DNA from: Acutalibacteraceae bacterium | Lineage (GTDB): Bacteria; Bacillota; Clostridia; Lachnospirales; Lachnospiraceae | Assembly: GCA_963597485.1 (NCBI GenBank) | Contig: CAVBQH010000031.1 | Location: forward strand, 1 to 45,029 | Reading direction: 5' to 3' | DNA: 45,029 nucleotides | In this document: piece by piece, positions 1 through 9,617 of the stretch | Layout of the letters: every line of letters starts with the position of its first letter | How positions within the stretch are numbered: the first letter of the stretch is position 1 | Made by a program: the position numbers and the translations under genes | The notes under the pieces: generated by a model | Told to the model about the DNA's origin: nothing | Database searches by the model: none | The model's input: only the letters and a program-made list of their open reading frames with translations

Positions 1-26
1 GCAATATCCACTGCCTTTGTTTTCAT
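1..26 (-). CDS. 5' end of a gene running off the window, possibly a LacI-family regulator
   Basis: GGAGG SD at 36-40, then ATG: MKTKAVDIA..., resembling the LacI helix-1 'xDIA'; only 8-9 codons visible. Confidence 0.35.
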
Positions 27-112
27 TTACTTTTGCCTCCCGTTTCTCTTGCTCCTTTGCAAATCCGTGCGATCCGCCGGATGTTGCTATGGAAATGCTG
101 ATGTAATCGTAA

Positions 113-1609
113 CTATTCGGCATCCATCTCGATTTTCCGTAGTAAAACCCGGCCAACCGCCTGCTGCCATCCTTCGTATTTACGTTCCCGGCAATCCGGA
201 TCCATCTGCGGCGCATACATCGTTCGCTGCAGATGTTCAAAAATCCGTTCCTCATCATAAATTCCGGCTGTAATTCCCGCCATGTAGGCTGCCCCCATTC
301 CGGACAGTTCCTGAACGGCAGAAACCGCAACCACCGCATCCGCCATGTCACTTTGAAACTGCATCAGATAGGCATTTCCCGTCGGGCCGCCATCTACCCG
401 CAGCTCCTCCACCGGTCTTTGCGTTTCCCCTCGCATCATTCGCACCAGATCAGTAATCTGATACCCAATGCACTCCACACACGCTTTGACAATTTCCTTT
501 TTCCCGGTCGTTCTTGTAATCCCTGTCAGCATACCGGTTGCCTCGCTGTCCCAATACGGTGCACCAAGCCCGGTAAACGCCGGCACAAAATACGCCCAGT
601 CCGCAGGATTTGCTTCTCCGGCAAGTATTTCCGTCTCCTTTGCAGAGCCGATCAGCTCCGCACCATCCTTCAGCCACGAAATCACTGCGCCGGTGTAGTT
701 CAGATTTCCTTCCAGAACATATTCTATTTTACCGTGTCTTCCCCATGCAAGTGACGTAGACAGTCCTTCCTTCGACAGTACCATACAGTCGCCGGTATTC
801 ATCATTACCGAGGATCCGGTCCCATAGGTGGCCTTCATCTGTCCCGGTTTCCGGCAGTTCTGTCCGAACAGCGCACCATGGCTGTCTCCAACAACGGCGC
901 AAATCGGAATTGCCTCCGGAAGAAAGCCGTCAAGATCCGTAAATCCAAAGACCGAATCCGACATGCACACCTCTGCCATGGCGTCCTTTGGAATACCAAA
1001 AGACGATAGCAGCTCCCTATCCCATTGCAGCGTTTCTATATTAAACAGCTGCGTCCTGGATGCATTGGAATAATCCGTTTTGAATGCATGCTCCTTTGTA
1101 AGGGAGTAGACCAGCCAGGTGTCCATCGTTCCGACTGCCAGTGCTCCCTCTTCCTTGAGACTGGCCGTCTGCGGAATATTTTCCATCATCCACTGCAGCT
1201 TGGCCGCCGGAAAATACGGTGACAACGGCAATCCGGTTTTTCTTCGAATCGTCTCTGCTTCCTTTTGATGCCGTGCACATACATCCGCGGCTCTTGCGCA
1301 CTGCCATACGATTGCATTTCCAAGCGGCTCCCCCGTTCTCCGGTCCCACATCAGTGTCGTTTCTCTCTGATTGGATATGCCCATGGCACAGATCTGTTCC
1401 GGAAGAATTCGCGCTTCTGTCGCGACTTCCCGGCATACCGCCAGTGTATTTTGCAGGATTTCGACCGGATCATGCTCAACCCAGCCTTTATCATTTACAA
1501 TCTGTCGATGACCTTTGTCCTTTCTTGCCGCAAGGTTTCCCCTGTCATCGAACAAAAGAGCCTTGGTTCCCTGTGTGCTCTGATCAACAGCCAACACGTA
1601 TTTTATCAT
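113..1609 (-). CDS. FGGY-family carbohydrate kinase (glycerol kinase-like)
   Basis: DQSTQGTK, SNQRET, TDYSNASRTQL, ATYGTG, VDGG motifs; true substrate probably not glycerol given context. Confidence 0.9.
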   Translation of the reverse strand: MIKYVLAVDQSTQGTKALLFDDRGNLAARKDKGHRQIVNDKGWVEHDPVEILQNTLAVCREVATEARILPEQICAMGISNQRETTLMWDRRTGEPLGNAIVWQCARAADVCARHQKEAETIRRKTGLPLSPYFPAAKLQWMMENIPQTASLKEEGALAVGTMDTWLVYSLTKEHAFKTDYSNASRTQLFNIETLQWDRELLSSFGIPKDAMAEVCMSDSVFGFTDLDGFLPEAIPICAVVGDSHGALFGQNCRKPGQMKATYGTGSSVMMNTGDCMVLSKEGLSTSLAWGRHGKIEYVLEGNLNYTGAVISWLKDGAELIGSAKETEILAGEANPADWAYFVPAFTGLGAPYWDSEATGMLTGITRTTGKKEIVKACVECIGYQITDLVRMMRGETQRPVEELRVDGGPTGNAYLMQFQSDMADAVVAVSAVQELSGMGAAYMAGITAGIYDEERIFEHLQRTMYAPQMDPDCRERKYEGWQQAVGRVLLRKIEMDAE

Positions 1610-1705
1610 ATGTTTTACCGGATGATTTCCAAACCGACTTCATCCATTCCTCTCTTTCTTAAAATCGTCGGATTCAAAGGTGTTTTCCCCTGTACCCTTG
1701 CTTTC

Positions 1706-1746
1706 AAAAAGCCCAGGCTGCAAGGAAAATCCGCACAGTCTGGGCT
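1706..1746 (-). terminator. Probable intrinsic terminator after the transketolase genes
   Basis: Minus strand AGCCCAGACTG...CAGCCTGGGCT followed by TTTT. Confidence 0.6.
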
Positions 1747-1770
1747 CTATCGTTTCGTCTTTTTATCCGC

Positions 1771-2709
1771 TTACTGTCTGCCAAGCTCCTTTTTTATACG
1801 CTCTGCAATCCCATCCCCTGTCATGCCATAGTATGCAAAGACTTCTTTTGAGGTTCCTGTAATAACCGGTTCATCCGGGAGTGAAACGCCGATCACCTTT
1901 CTCGGGCAATGCTCTCCGACAACCTTCGCTACCATAGAGCCGAGTCCTCCGTACGGCGAATGCTCCTCCACAGCGACAACAAGCCCTGTGCCTTTGGCCG
2001 CCTTAATAATCGTCTCCTGATCCAGCGGCTTTACACAGTACATATCCACAACTCCGGCAGAGATTCCCTCCTTTTCGAGGATTTCCGCCGCCGCCTTTGC
2101 CGGGTGCACCATCTCTCCGCAGGCAATGATAACGACATCACTTCCTTCCCGAAGCACCGTCGCCTTGTCCATTTCGAACGGACAATTCTCCTCCGTGTAC
2201 ACATCCTCCACCGGATTTCTCCCAACACGGATGTAAGCACATTTTTCATCCTGCAGAAGCGCCTCCATCAGATGTCTTGTCTGATGGCGATCACTCGGAA
2301 GATACACTCGCATGTTAGGGATCGCGGACATCGCCGCAATGTCCTGTGCCGAGTGGTGGCTCATGCCCAGTGCGCCGTAGCTGATACCTCCGGAAATTCC
2401 GATCAGCTTCACATTGGTGTCCGAATACGCGCAGTCTACCTTCGCCTGTTCATAGCTTCTGGTGGATACAAAGCTGGCCGGAGATGCTGCGTATGCTTTT
2501 TTGCCGCATTTGGCAAGTCCAGCCGCCACACCGACCAGATCCTGCTCCGCAATGCCGATTTCCACGGACTGCTCCGGATATGCTTCAAAAAACGGTGTCA
2601 GTGACGCGGATCCTCTGGAATCACTGCACAAAACCATGATGTCTTTATCGTTTTCCGCGTGCTCCATCAGAACATCACAGATTACTTTTCGGTTGGGAAT
2701 CTTATTCAC
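1771..2709 (-). CDS. Transketolase, C-terminal (pyrimidine-binding) subunit
   Basis: GIAEQ, RSYEQ, HHSAQD, VEEH..GGLGS motifs; start overlaps the upstream stop. Confidence 0.92.
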   Translation of the reverse strand: MNKIPNRKVICDVLMEHAENDKDIMVLCSDSRGSASLTPFFEAYPEQSVEIGIAEQDLVGVAAGLAKCGKKAYAASPASFVSTRSYEQAKVDCAYSDTNVKLIGISGGISYGALGMSHHSAQDIAAMSAIPNMRVYLPSDRHQTRHLMEALLQDEKCAYIRVGRNPVEDVYTEENCPFEMDKATVLREGSDVVIIACGEMVHPAKAAAEILEKEGISAGVVDMYCVKPLDQETIIKAAKGTGLVVAVEEHSPYGGLGSMVAKVVGEHCPRKVIGVSLPDEPVITGTSKEVFAYYGMTGDGIAERIKKELGRQ

Positions 2710-3533
2710 AGCAGGGCCTCCTTTTGTTGTTCCAGATCCTTGTAAATCTGCTCCAGCTCCTCTTGGGACGGCAGCTTATGGTGCCAGGCCGCCTTGTTTT
2801 CCATGACGGGCGATCCCTTTCCCTTGACGGTATCGGAGATGATGCAGGTTGGCTTTCCTTTGCACCGCCGGGCCGCTTCAAAGGCTGCATCGACCTCGTC
2901 CAGGTCATTGCCGTCCTTCACTACAATGACGTTCCAGTTAAAGGCCGCCACCTTATCTGCCAGCGTATCCAACGCCATAACATCCTCTGTATTTCCCGAG
3001 ATCTGCAGGTGGTTCCGGTCAATCACGCAGCACAGATTGTCCAGCTTGTACATAGCTCCGGACATGAAGCCTTCCCAGTTAGAGCCCTCTGCCATTTCTC
3101 CGTCCCCTGTCACGACGTACACCCGATTGGCTTTTCCATTTTTCTTGCAGGCCAGTGCCATTCCAACCGCAACGGGAAGACCATGTCCCAGGGAGCCGGA
3201 GTTCATTTCAATCCCCGGAAGTGTGTTGTGCGGATGCCCGATATACGGAGAACCGAATTTCGAAAACCCCGCCTTTACTTCCTCCAGGTTCAGAAAGCCC
3301 TTTGCGCACAGAACCGCGTAGTAGGCTTCCATAGAGTGGCCCTTGCTCAGGATAAAGTAATCCCGATCCGGATCCTCTGCTTTATCCGGCGATACATTCA
3401 TCTGGCGAAAATACAAATCCGTCAGCACCTCCATCACGGACATGTCGCCGCCGATGTGTCCGCCGCCGCCTGCCATGATAATATCAATTGCATCCTTTCG
3501 AAGGTCATAGGCCTTTGCTTTCAGATTCTCCAT
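2706..3533 (-). CDS. Transketolase, N-terminal (ThDP-binding) subunit
   Basis: GHIGG, FILSKGH, GSLGHG, GDGEMAEG..N ThDP motif, KGKG, WHH. Confidence 0.92.
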   Translation of the reverse strand: MENLKAKAYDLRKDAIDIIMAGGGGHIGGDMSVMEVLTDLYFRQMNVSPDKAEDPDRDYFILSKGHSMEAYYAVLCAKGFLNLEEVKAGFSKFGSPYIGHPHNTLPGIEMNSGSLGHGLPVAVGMALACKKNGKANRVYVVTGDGEMAEGSNWEGFMSGAMYKLDNLCCVIDRNHLQISGNTEDVMALDTLADKVAAFNWNVIVVKDGNDLDEVDAAFEAARRCKGKPTCIISDTVKGKGSPVMENKAAWHHKLPSQEELEQIYKDLEQQKEALL

Positions 3534-3534
3534 T

Positions 3535-4935
3535 TCATTCTCCTCTCAGGTACGCCTTTACATCCTCTTCTACAGGGTCGTAGAGATCCGGCTTAATGCC
3601 GAGGTACTTGCATGCCTCATACAGAACCGGTACGACGTCTTTATGGATTCCTACGCAGTGATGGATATAAGGGCCTTCCACGATCTTGGCCTCCAGACGT
3701 TTGATGTTATCCACTTCTACCCACAGGTAGGTTCCCATTCCCTTCGGTCCGTCCACCCCCCGGGCATTTCCCAGGAGCAGGCTGTATTCTCCGTTGTCGC
3801 CGTCAAAGCGGGCCAGTGTCACATCTCCGTGCCTGGCCTCTGCCGTAATTGCCCCGGGGTAATCAAAGGCCAGCGGATACGTAATGCACGGCCTTTGCGC
3901 CGCCACTGAGATCGGCCACGGCCCGCAGTGCTGCAGCAGCTCTCCGTTTGCGATGTCCGGATGCCGTACCGTCCAATCTGCAAAAAAGCCTCTGGTTCCG
4001 TCTGCTGCAGCTGCTTCCACCAGCAGCGCTGTAATCGCTCCGTGGATATCGGTTTCACAGACCATAGGAATCCCTTTTTCGTTTAAAAGCGCATTTGCCG
4101 CACACGGCATAATGCCAAGCTCTCTCTGCAATGCATTCCAGCACTGAATGGCTCCGGCGGTGCAATGGTATTTGTGAATGAGGTGCTCCATCGCAACAGC
4201 AAGTCCTGCGATATTCTGCAGCTGCTGATCATTCACCTTAATCTCCATGTGCTCCCGGCAATAGTCCATTGTTTGGACGACTTCTTTCTCTTCCTCAATA
4301 CAGCGCTTTACCTCTTCCGTAAGCTCCGGCAGCGGAACCGGTGAAAGCTCTATGCCGAATTTCTCCAGCAGCTCTCCCTCGTTGCACATGGTCGACCAGA
4401 AATCAAAGGGTCTTGGTCCAATCTGCAGTATTCGAATGCTGCGGAAGGTCTTCACCACATTGCAGACGGCGAGGAAATCCCGAATCCCCCGTTCGAATAC
4501 AGGATCAGACAACCGGCAGTTGGTGAGATACGTAAACGGCACCTGAAACCTGCGAAGCACCTTACCGGTTGCAAACAATCCGCACTGTGTGTCGCGAAGA
4601 CGCCTTCCCTGCTCATCCGGCCGCTCATCCAGCGGTCCCCACAAAAGAACCGGGACTCCAAGGTCCTTTGCCAGGCGGGCACATTCGTACTCTGTGCCGA
4701 AATTGCAATGCGCCAGCAGCAGACCATCTACCTTTTCTTTTTTAAACTTTTCAACAATTTTTAATCGATCATTCTCGTCGTACAGCAATCCCTCTGCATT
4801 GATATCATCGATATCAACAAAATCAACGCCCATTTTTCTCAGCTTATCTGCAGTAAGTCCGCGATACTTTACGGCGTCCGGTGCACTGAATATACTGCGC
4901 CTTGTCGGGGCATAACCCAGCCTTATATTCGCCAT
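3535..4935 (-). CDS. L-fucose/L-arabinose isomerase family protein
   Basis: NFGTE, QCW, CETD, HH motifs typical of FucI/AraA-like proteins; start moved to ATG 4935 after a GGAGGA SD. Confidence 0.8.
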   Translation of the reverse strand: MANIRLGYAPTRRSIFSAPDAVKYRGLTADKLRKMGVDFVDIDDINAEGLLYDENDRLKIVEKFKKEKVDGLLLAHCNFGTEYECARLAKDLGVPVLLWGPLDERPDEQGRRLRDTQCGLFATGKVLRRFQVPFTYLTNCRLSDPVFERGIRDFLAVCNVVKTFRSIRILQIGPRPFDFWSTMCNEGELLEKFGIELSPVPLPELTEEVKRCIEEEKEVVQTMDYCREHMEIKVNDQQLQNIAGLAVAMEHLIHKYHCTAGAIQCWNALQRELGIMPCAANALLNEKGIPMVCETDIHGAITALLVEAAAADGTRGFFADWTVRHPDIANGELLQHCGPWPISVAAQRPCITYPLAFDYPGAITAEARHGDVTLARFDGDNGEYSLLLGNARGVDGPKGMGTYLWVEVDNIKRLEAKIVEGPYIHHCVGIHKDVVPVLYEACKYLGIKPDLYDPVEEDVKAYLRGE

Positions 4936-5010
4936 AGTCCTCCCTCCCGTTCCTGGTTTTATTAAACATTCTCGTTCATTGTTTGTTTTATTTTGTTTAT
5001 GCATATAAAC

Positions 5011-5039
5011 TTTATAAACCGTTTTCAAATCTTTTTCAA
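5011..5039 (-). promoter_or_regulatory. Sigma-A promoter of the sugar operon with overlapping cre/LacI-type operator
   Basis: TTGAAA-17-TATAAA; TGAAAACGGTTTAT (5014-5027) matches the cre consensus TGWAANCGNTNWCA at 12/14. Confidence 0.6.
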
Positions 5040-5084
5040 CTGTCGTAATTACTAATTTGTACGGCCGGGATTTAGTACATATTA

Positions 5085-5113
5085 TTGTTTTCGAACATAT
5101 GTTCTGCTATTAT
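5085..5113 (+). promoter_or_regulatory. SOS promoter with LexA (Cheo) box in the spacer
   Basis: TTGTTT-17-TATTAT with TGn extension; CGAACATATGTTCT at 5092-5105 (GAAC-N4-GTTC). Confidence 0.85.
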
Positions 5114-5120
5114 ATTCTCT

Positions 5121-6656
5121 ATGAACACTACCTCTGCAGATAAAACCTATATCGCCATCGATCTGAAGTCCTTCTACGCCTCTGCGGAATGCGTCGATCG
5201 CGGACTGGATCCTCTGAATACACATCTTGTGGTTGCCGATGCCAGTCGCACTGAGAAGACGATCTGTCTTGCCGTTTCCCCTTCTCTGAAGGCGTACGGC
5301 ATCCCGGGACGTCCCAGGCTCTTTGAGGTTGTGCAGCGGGTTCGAGCCATCAATGAGGAGCGAGAGCGCCTTGCTCGTGGCCGGAAGCTGACCGGGAGCT
5401 CCTCCGATGCTGCGGTGCTGAAGACAGATTCCTCCCTTGCGCTGGAGTACATCATTGCCCCGCCTCGCATGGCCAGGTACATGCAGATCAGCACACAGAT
5501 CTATCAGATTTACCTGCGCTACATCGCACCGGAGGACATTCACGTATATTCAATCGATGAGGTCTTTATCGATGCCACTGCTTACCTTCGGACCTATCAG
5601 CTGACACCGCGGGAGCTGGCGATGCGAATGATCCTGGATGTGCTGCAGGAAACGGGCATTACCGCCACCGCCGGCATCGGCACAAACCTGTATCTGTGCA
5701 AGGTTGCCATGGACATTGAGGCCAAACACATTGAGCCGGATGCCAACGGCGTTCGTATTGCCGCACTGGATGAGATGAGCTACCGGCGCCGTCTCTGGAC
5801 ACATCAGCCTCTAACCGATTTCTGGCGCGTCGGCCGCGGACTTACAAGGAAGCTCCATGACGTTGGTCTATACACCATGGGCGATATTGCGCGCTGCTCA
5901 CTGGGTGCATCCGGTGATTTCTACAATGAGGATCTTCTATATCGCATGTTCGGCATTTCCGCCGAGCTTCTCATCGACCACGCCTGGGGATACGAATCCT
6001 GCACCATGGCAGATATCAAGTCCTACCGACCGGCAGCTCACAGCACCAGCTCTGGCCAGGTGCTATCCTGTCCGTACCCCTTTGATAAGGCAAGGCTTGT
6101 GCTGCGGGAAATGGCAGACCAGCTTGCACTGGACCTGGCTTCCAGGCGCCAGGTAACCAATCAGCTGGTTCTGGATGTCGGTTATGATACCTCCAGCCTG
6201 AGTAAGGACAACGCGTCTCACATCTACCGTGGTCCCATTGTTTCTGACCGCTATGGGAAGCCGGTTCCAAAGCCGGCGCATGGTTCTTCCCATCTGGGAC
6301 TTTGGACCAGCTCCCCGCGTCTTATTCCGGAGGCCGCCGCTTCCTTGTTTGATAAAATTGTGAATCCGGCGCTTTTGATTCGGCGCATCAATGTTGCTGC
6401 AGGCAATGTCATTGCCGAAGAGGATGCCGTGCAGGAAGAGGAATACCAGCAGCTGGATCTTTTTACCGATTACGAGGCCAAGGCCCGGGAGTATGAGGAG
6501 CAAAAGGCCAGGCAGAAACGGGAAAGACAGCTCCAGGATGCGGTATTACAAATCAAAGAACGATATGGAAAAAATGCGGTGCTGCGCGGAATGAATCTGG
6601 AGGAGGGCGCCACCGCCCGGCAAAGAAACGATCAGATCGGAGGTCACCATGCCTGA
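5121..6656 (+). CDS. Y-family DNA polymerase (UmuC/ImpB/MucB/SamB-like)
   Basis: IDLKSFYASAE, YSIDE catalytic motifs, QLDLF clamp-binding motif; ATG at 5121. Confidence 0.92.
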   Translation: MNTTSADKTYIAIDLKSFYASAECVDRGLDPLNTHLVVADASRTEKTICLAVSPSLKAYGIPGRPRLFEVVQRVRAINEERERLARGRKLTGSSSDAAVLKTDSSLALEYIIAPPRMARYMQISTQIYQIYLRYIAPEDIHVYSIDEVFIDATAYLRTYQLTPRELAMRMILDVLQETGITATAGIGTNLYLCKVAMDIEAKHIEPDANGVRIAALDEMSYRRRLWTHQPLTDFWRVGRGLTRKLHDVGLYTMGDIARCSLGASGDFYNEDLLYRMFGISAELLIDHAWGYESCTMADIKSYRPAAHSTSSGQVLSCPYPFDKARLVLREMADQLALDLASRRQVTNQLVLDVGYDTSSLSKDNASHIYRGPIVSDRYGKPVPKPAHGSSHLGLWTSSPRLIPEAAASLFDKIVNPALLIRRINVAAGNVIAEEDAVQEEEYQQLDLFTDYEAKAREYEEQKARQKRERQLQDAVLQIKERYGKNAVLRGMNLEEGATARQRNDQIGGHHA

Positions 6657-7146
6657 GACAGGTTCTCCTTATGAACAGAAAATCAACGATCAACACAGCA
6701 CTGCCAGGCAGACGAAGCGGTCCGATTTCTCTTATGCGGATATCCTCCCCCTTCCGCATCATGTATCGAAAACGCACCCCCGCATGCCGCAGTCAGAACG
6801 TGCCGCACAGTTTGCACCGTTTGCTGCACTGACCGGCTACGGCGACGCCGTACAGGAATCAGCGCGGCTTACGTCACAGCGCATTGAGCTGGATGAAGAT
6901 GCCAGGGAGGAGCTAAACCAAACGCTCCAGCTCCTCTCCGCTCAGCTTCAGGGCCAGGGCTTTTCCCAGCAAATCCGTGTTACCTTTTTCATTCCGGACA
7001 AAAAAAAAGCCGGCGGATCATACGTCTCTGAGGACGGTACGATCCGCAAGCTTCCTTCTGATATTCGTGCTGTTGTGTTGGAGACCGCCTCCGGCATACG
7101 CAGGACCATTCCTCTGGAGGATATCCTGCGTATAGAGCTTCTGTAG
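6649..7146 (+). CDS. YolD-like accessory protein of the SOS mutagenesis cassette
   Basis: HPRM..ERAAQFAPFAALTGY signature; overlaps the polymerase stop. Confidence 0.8.
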   Translation: MPETGSPYEQKINDQHSTARQTKRSDFSYADILPLPHHVSKTHPRMPQSERAAQFAPFAALTGYGDAVQESARLTSQRIELDEDAREELNQTLQLLSAQLQGQGFSQQIRVTFFIPDKKKAGGSYVSEDGTIRKLPSDIRAVVLETASGIRRTIPLEDILRIELL

Positions 7147-7187
7147 CTCTGATGGATAATGGTGCCTTATTGAATAAGTTGTTGTTC

Positions 7188-8333
7188 TTATCTGTAAATC
7201 CTGGGGATTCGTTTGCCAAGATCGCAGGCAAACTCGTAATTAAACCGGCCGGACAGATCACCCAGCATCTCCAGTGTAATGGACTCCTCACCGTCGCGTC
7301 CAACCAGCGTTACCAGATCGCCGCCCGTTACTCCCGGAATATTGCTGACATCTACCATGAACTGATCCATGCAGACGCGGCCGCAAATCGGTGCCTTCTG
7401 TCCGCGAATCAGAACATATCCCTTATTGGAAAGTCCTCTCGCATAGCCGTCACCATAGCCCACCGGAATCGTAGCCAGAACCGTTTCCTTCTCCGTTACA
7501 TATGTTCCGCCGTAGCTGACCGGTGTCCCTGCCGGCACCGTCTTTACATACGCAACATGCGAATAGAGGGACAGCACCGGCCGAAGCGGCACTATATTCT
7601 GCGGCACCTCCGACGACGGCCAGAGTCCGTAAAGAGTAATGCCTGCGCGCACCAGATCAAGATTTGCCTCCGGGAAGCGAACGATGCCGGCGCTATTGGA
7701 GCAATGCTGCACAGGTATGCGATACCCCAGCTCCGTTTCAATTCGCTTGCAAAAAGCCGTAAACTCTGCGATCTGCCGTCTTGTGTTGGCAGGATCCGTT
7801 TCGTCCGCCTTTGAGAAATGGGTGAAAATACCCTCCACCTCCACATACGGAGTTTCCAGTGCCTTTTTTACAAACGCAAGTCCTTCGTCATCCGGACGAA
7901 CGCCGATGCGTGACATTGCCGTATCCACTGCAACATGGATATGAACAGCCTTCCCGGCTTTTTTTGCAGCCGCTGAAAGCGCCTCCAGCATATCCTCCCG
8001 GAAGCACGCCGGCCGAATTTCCTCCTCTGCCAACTCTTCATAACAGTACGGGAAGGTATATCCCAGAATGAGAATCGGCTTCGTTCTTCCGGCTGTGCGA
8101 AGCTCCTTTGCCTCCTCATAGGTGGCAACTGCATAGCCCCAGACATAATCCAACGCTTCCAGCTTCTCCGCCAGTCGAACTGCGCCGTGACCGTAACCAT
8201 CCGTCTTAATAACGGCAATCATTTTGGTTCCCGGCCGGAGATTCTGATGCATATTTTCCATATTTTCGACAGCTGCCTGCAGATCAATTTCCGCCCAGAC
8301 TCTGTCGTGATGCTCCCACTCTTCGTAACTCAT
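7188..8333 (-). CDS. alr: Alanine racemase
   Basis: AVIKTDGYGHG PLP-lysine motif, VSYGG, GYGDG, GRVCMD. Confidence 0.92.
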   Translation of the reverse strand: MSYEEWEHHDRVWAEIDLQAAVENMENMHQNLRPGTKMIAVIKTDGYGHGAVRLAEKLEALDYVWGYAVATYEEAKELRTAGRTKPILILGYTFPYCYEELAEEEIRPACFREDMLEALSAAAKKAGKAVHIHVAVDTAMSRIGVRPDDEGLAFVKKALETPYVEVEGIFTHFSKADETDPANTRRQIAEFTAFCKRIETELGYRIPVQHCSNSAGIVRFPEANLDLVRAGITLYGLWPSSEVPQNIVPLRPVLSLYSHVAYVKTVPAGTPVSYGGTYVTEKETVLATIPVGYGDGYARGLSNKGYVLIRGQKAPICGRVCMDQFMVDVSNIPGVTGGDLVTLVGRDGEESITLEMLGDLSGRFNYEFACDLGKRIPRIYR

Positions 8334-8437
8334 CGTAACATACTCCCTGTCGCCGAACGCCCGCTGGATCCGGCATCCGATCTTCTATGCAAGACTTCTG
8401 TAGCGTGGCTTTTATGCAAGTATCCCACACAATTCCA

Positions 8438-9601
8438 CTATGCAAGAATTCCGCTGTCTGCAATCGCCTTCACTGCCATTTGAATCCGGTCTGAAGGAAG
8501 TGTCAGTGCAAAACGGACATACCCTTCTCCAAGAGGTCCGAAGCTTTCCCCCGGCGTGCAGATCACGCCGGTTTTATCCATCAGCTCCAGGCAAAAGTCC
8601 ATGCTGGAGCCATGGCCTTCCGGAATCTTCGCCCAGACGAACATGCTTCCGTGACTGTCCGGAACCTCCCAGCCGATGCTCCGCAAACCGCCGCACAGTG
8701 CGTCTCTGCGCTCCTGATAGACACCGCATTGATCCTTTACCATCTGCGTCGGTCCGGTCAGTGCCGCAATGGCCGCCTTCTGAATCGGAAGGAACATTCC
8801 AAAATCAATCTGACCCCTGAGCTTCCGGAATGCCGCAATCACATCCGGACGGCCCACACAGAAGCTGATTCTGGCGCCGGTCAGATTAAAGCTCTTGGAC
8901 AGGCTGAAAAATTCGATTCCAACCTCCGCAGCACCCTCGTGCTGGAAGAAGCTCCCGCCAACGGCTCCGTCAAAAATGATATCGCTGTAAGCGTTATCGT
9001 GTATAAGCAGAATGTCGTATTTTCCGGCAAACGCAATGAGCTCCTCGTAGATGGTAGGGCTCGCAATGCTGCCCGTTGGGTTCGACGGCAGCGAGACGAT
9101 CATATATTTAGCCTTCCGGGCGACCTCCTCCGGAATATCCGAAAGCCTCGGAAGAAAACCTGTCTCCTCCGTCATCGGGTAGTAAAACGGCTCCGCACCG
9201 GCCAGCTGCGCACCGGCAATGAACACCGGATAACAAGGGGTCGGCAGAATCACGGTGTCGCCCTCGTCACACAGGACCAGTCCGATGTGCCCCATGCCTT
9301 CCTCACTCCCGTAGCAGCTGCAGACCATATCGGTTGTGATCTGCACGCCAAAGCGTTTTTCATAGTAGTCGCATACCGCCTGCAGAAGCTCCGGCGTATC
9401 CCGCAGCGCATATTTCCAGTTATCCTGGTCCTTTGCAGCTTCGATCAGTGCTTCCTTGATATGCGGGGCGGTTTCAAAGTCCGGTGTTCCGACACTCAGA
9501 TTGTAGATCGTCCTTCCCTGCTGCTCCATCGCAAGCTTCCGCTCATTCAGCGCAGCAAAAATCTCATCGCCAAACCGGTCCATTCTCTTACTAAACTGCA
9601 T
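8438..9601 (-). CDS. Class I/II PLP aminotransferase (AlaC/MtnE/DapL-like)
   Basis: PSNPTG, DNAY, SLSKSFNLTGARI, GYVRFAL; start at ATG 9601 after GGAGG. Confidence 0.88.
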   Translation of the reverse strand: MQFSKRMDRFGDEIFAALNERKLAMEQQGRTIYNLSVGTPDFETAPHIKEALIEAAKDQDNWKYALRDTPELLQAVCDYYEKRFGVQITTDMVCSCYGSEEGMGHIGLVLCDEGDTVILPTPCYPVFIAGAQLAGAEPFYYPMTEETGFLPRLSDIPEEVARKAKYMIVSLPSNPTGSIASPTIYEELIAFAGKYDILLIHDNAYSDIIFDGAVGGSFFQHEGAAEVGIEFFSLSKSFNLTGARISFCVGRPDVIAAFRKLRGQIDFGMFLPIQKAAIAALTGPTQMVKDQCGVYQERRDALCGGLRSIGWEVPDSHGSMFVWAKIPEGHGSSMDFCLELMDKTGVICTPGESFGPLGEGYVRFALTLPSDRIQMAVKAIADSGILA

Positions 9602-9617
9602 CTCTTCCTCCCCACAT

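Noticed and set aside
7000..7008. A9 homopolymer in the yolD-like gene as a phase-variation tract
   Set aside because: In frame, encodes Lys-Lys-Lys, and there is no sign of slippage.
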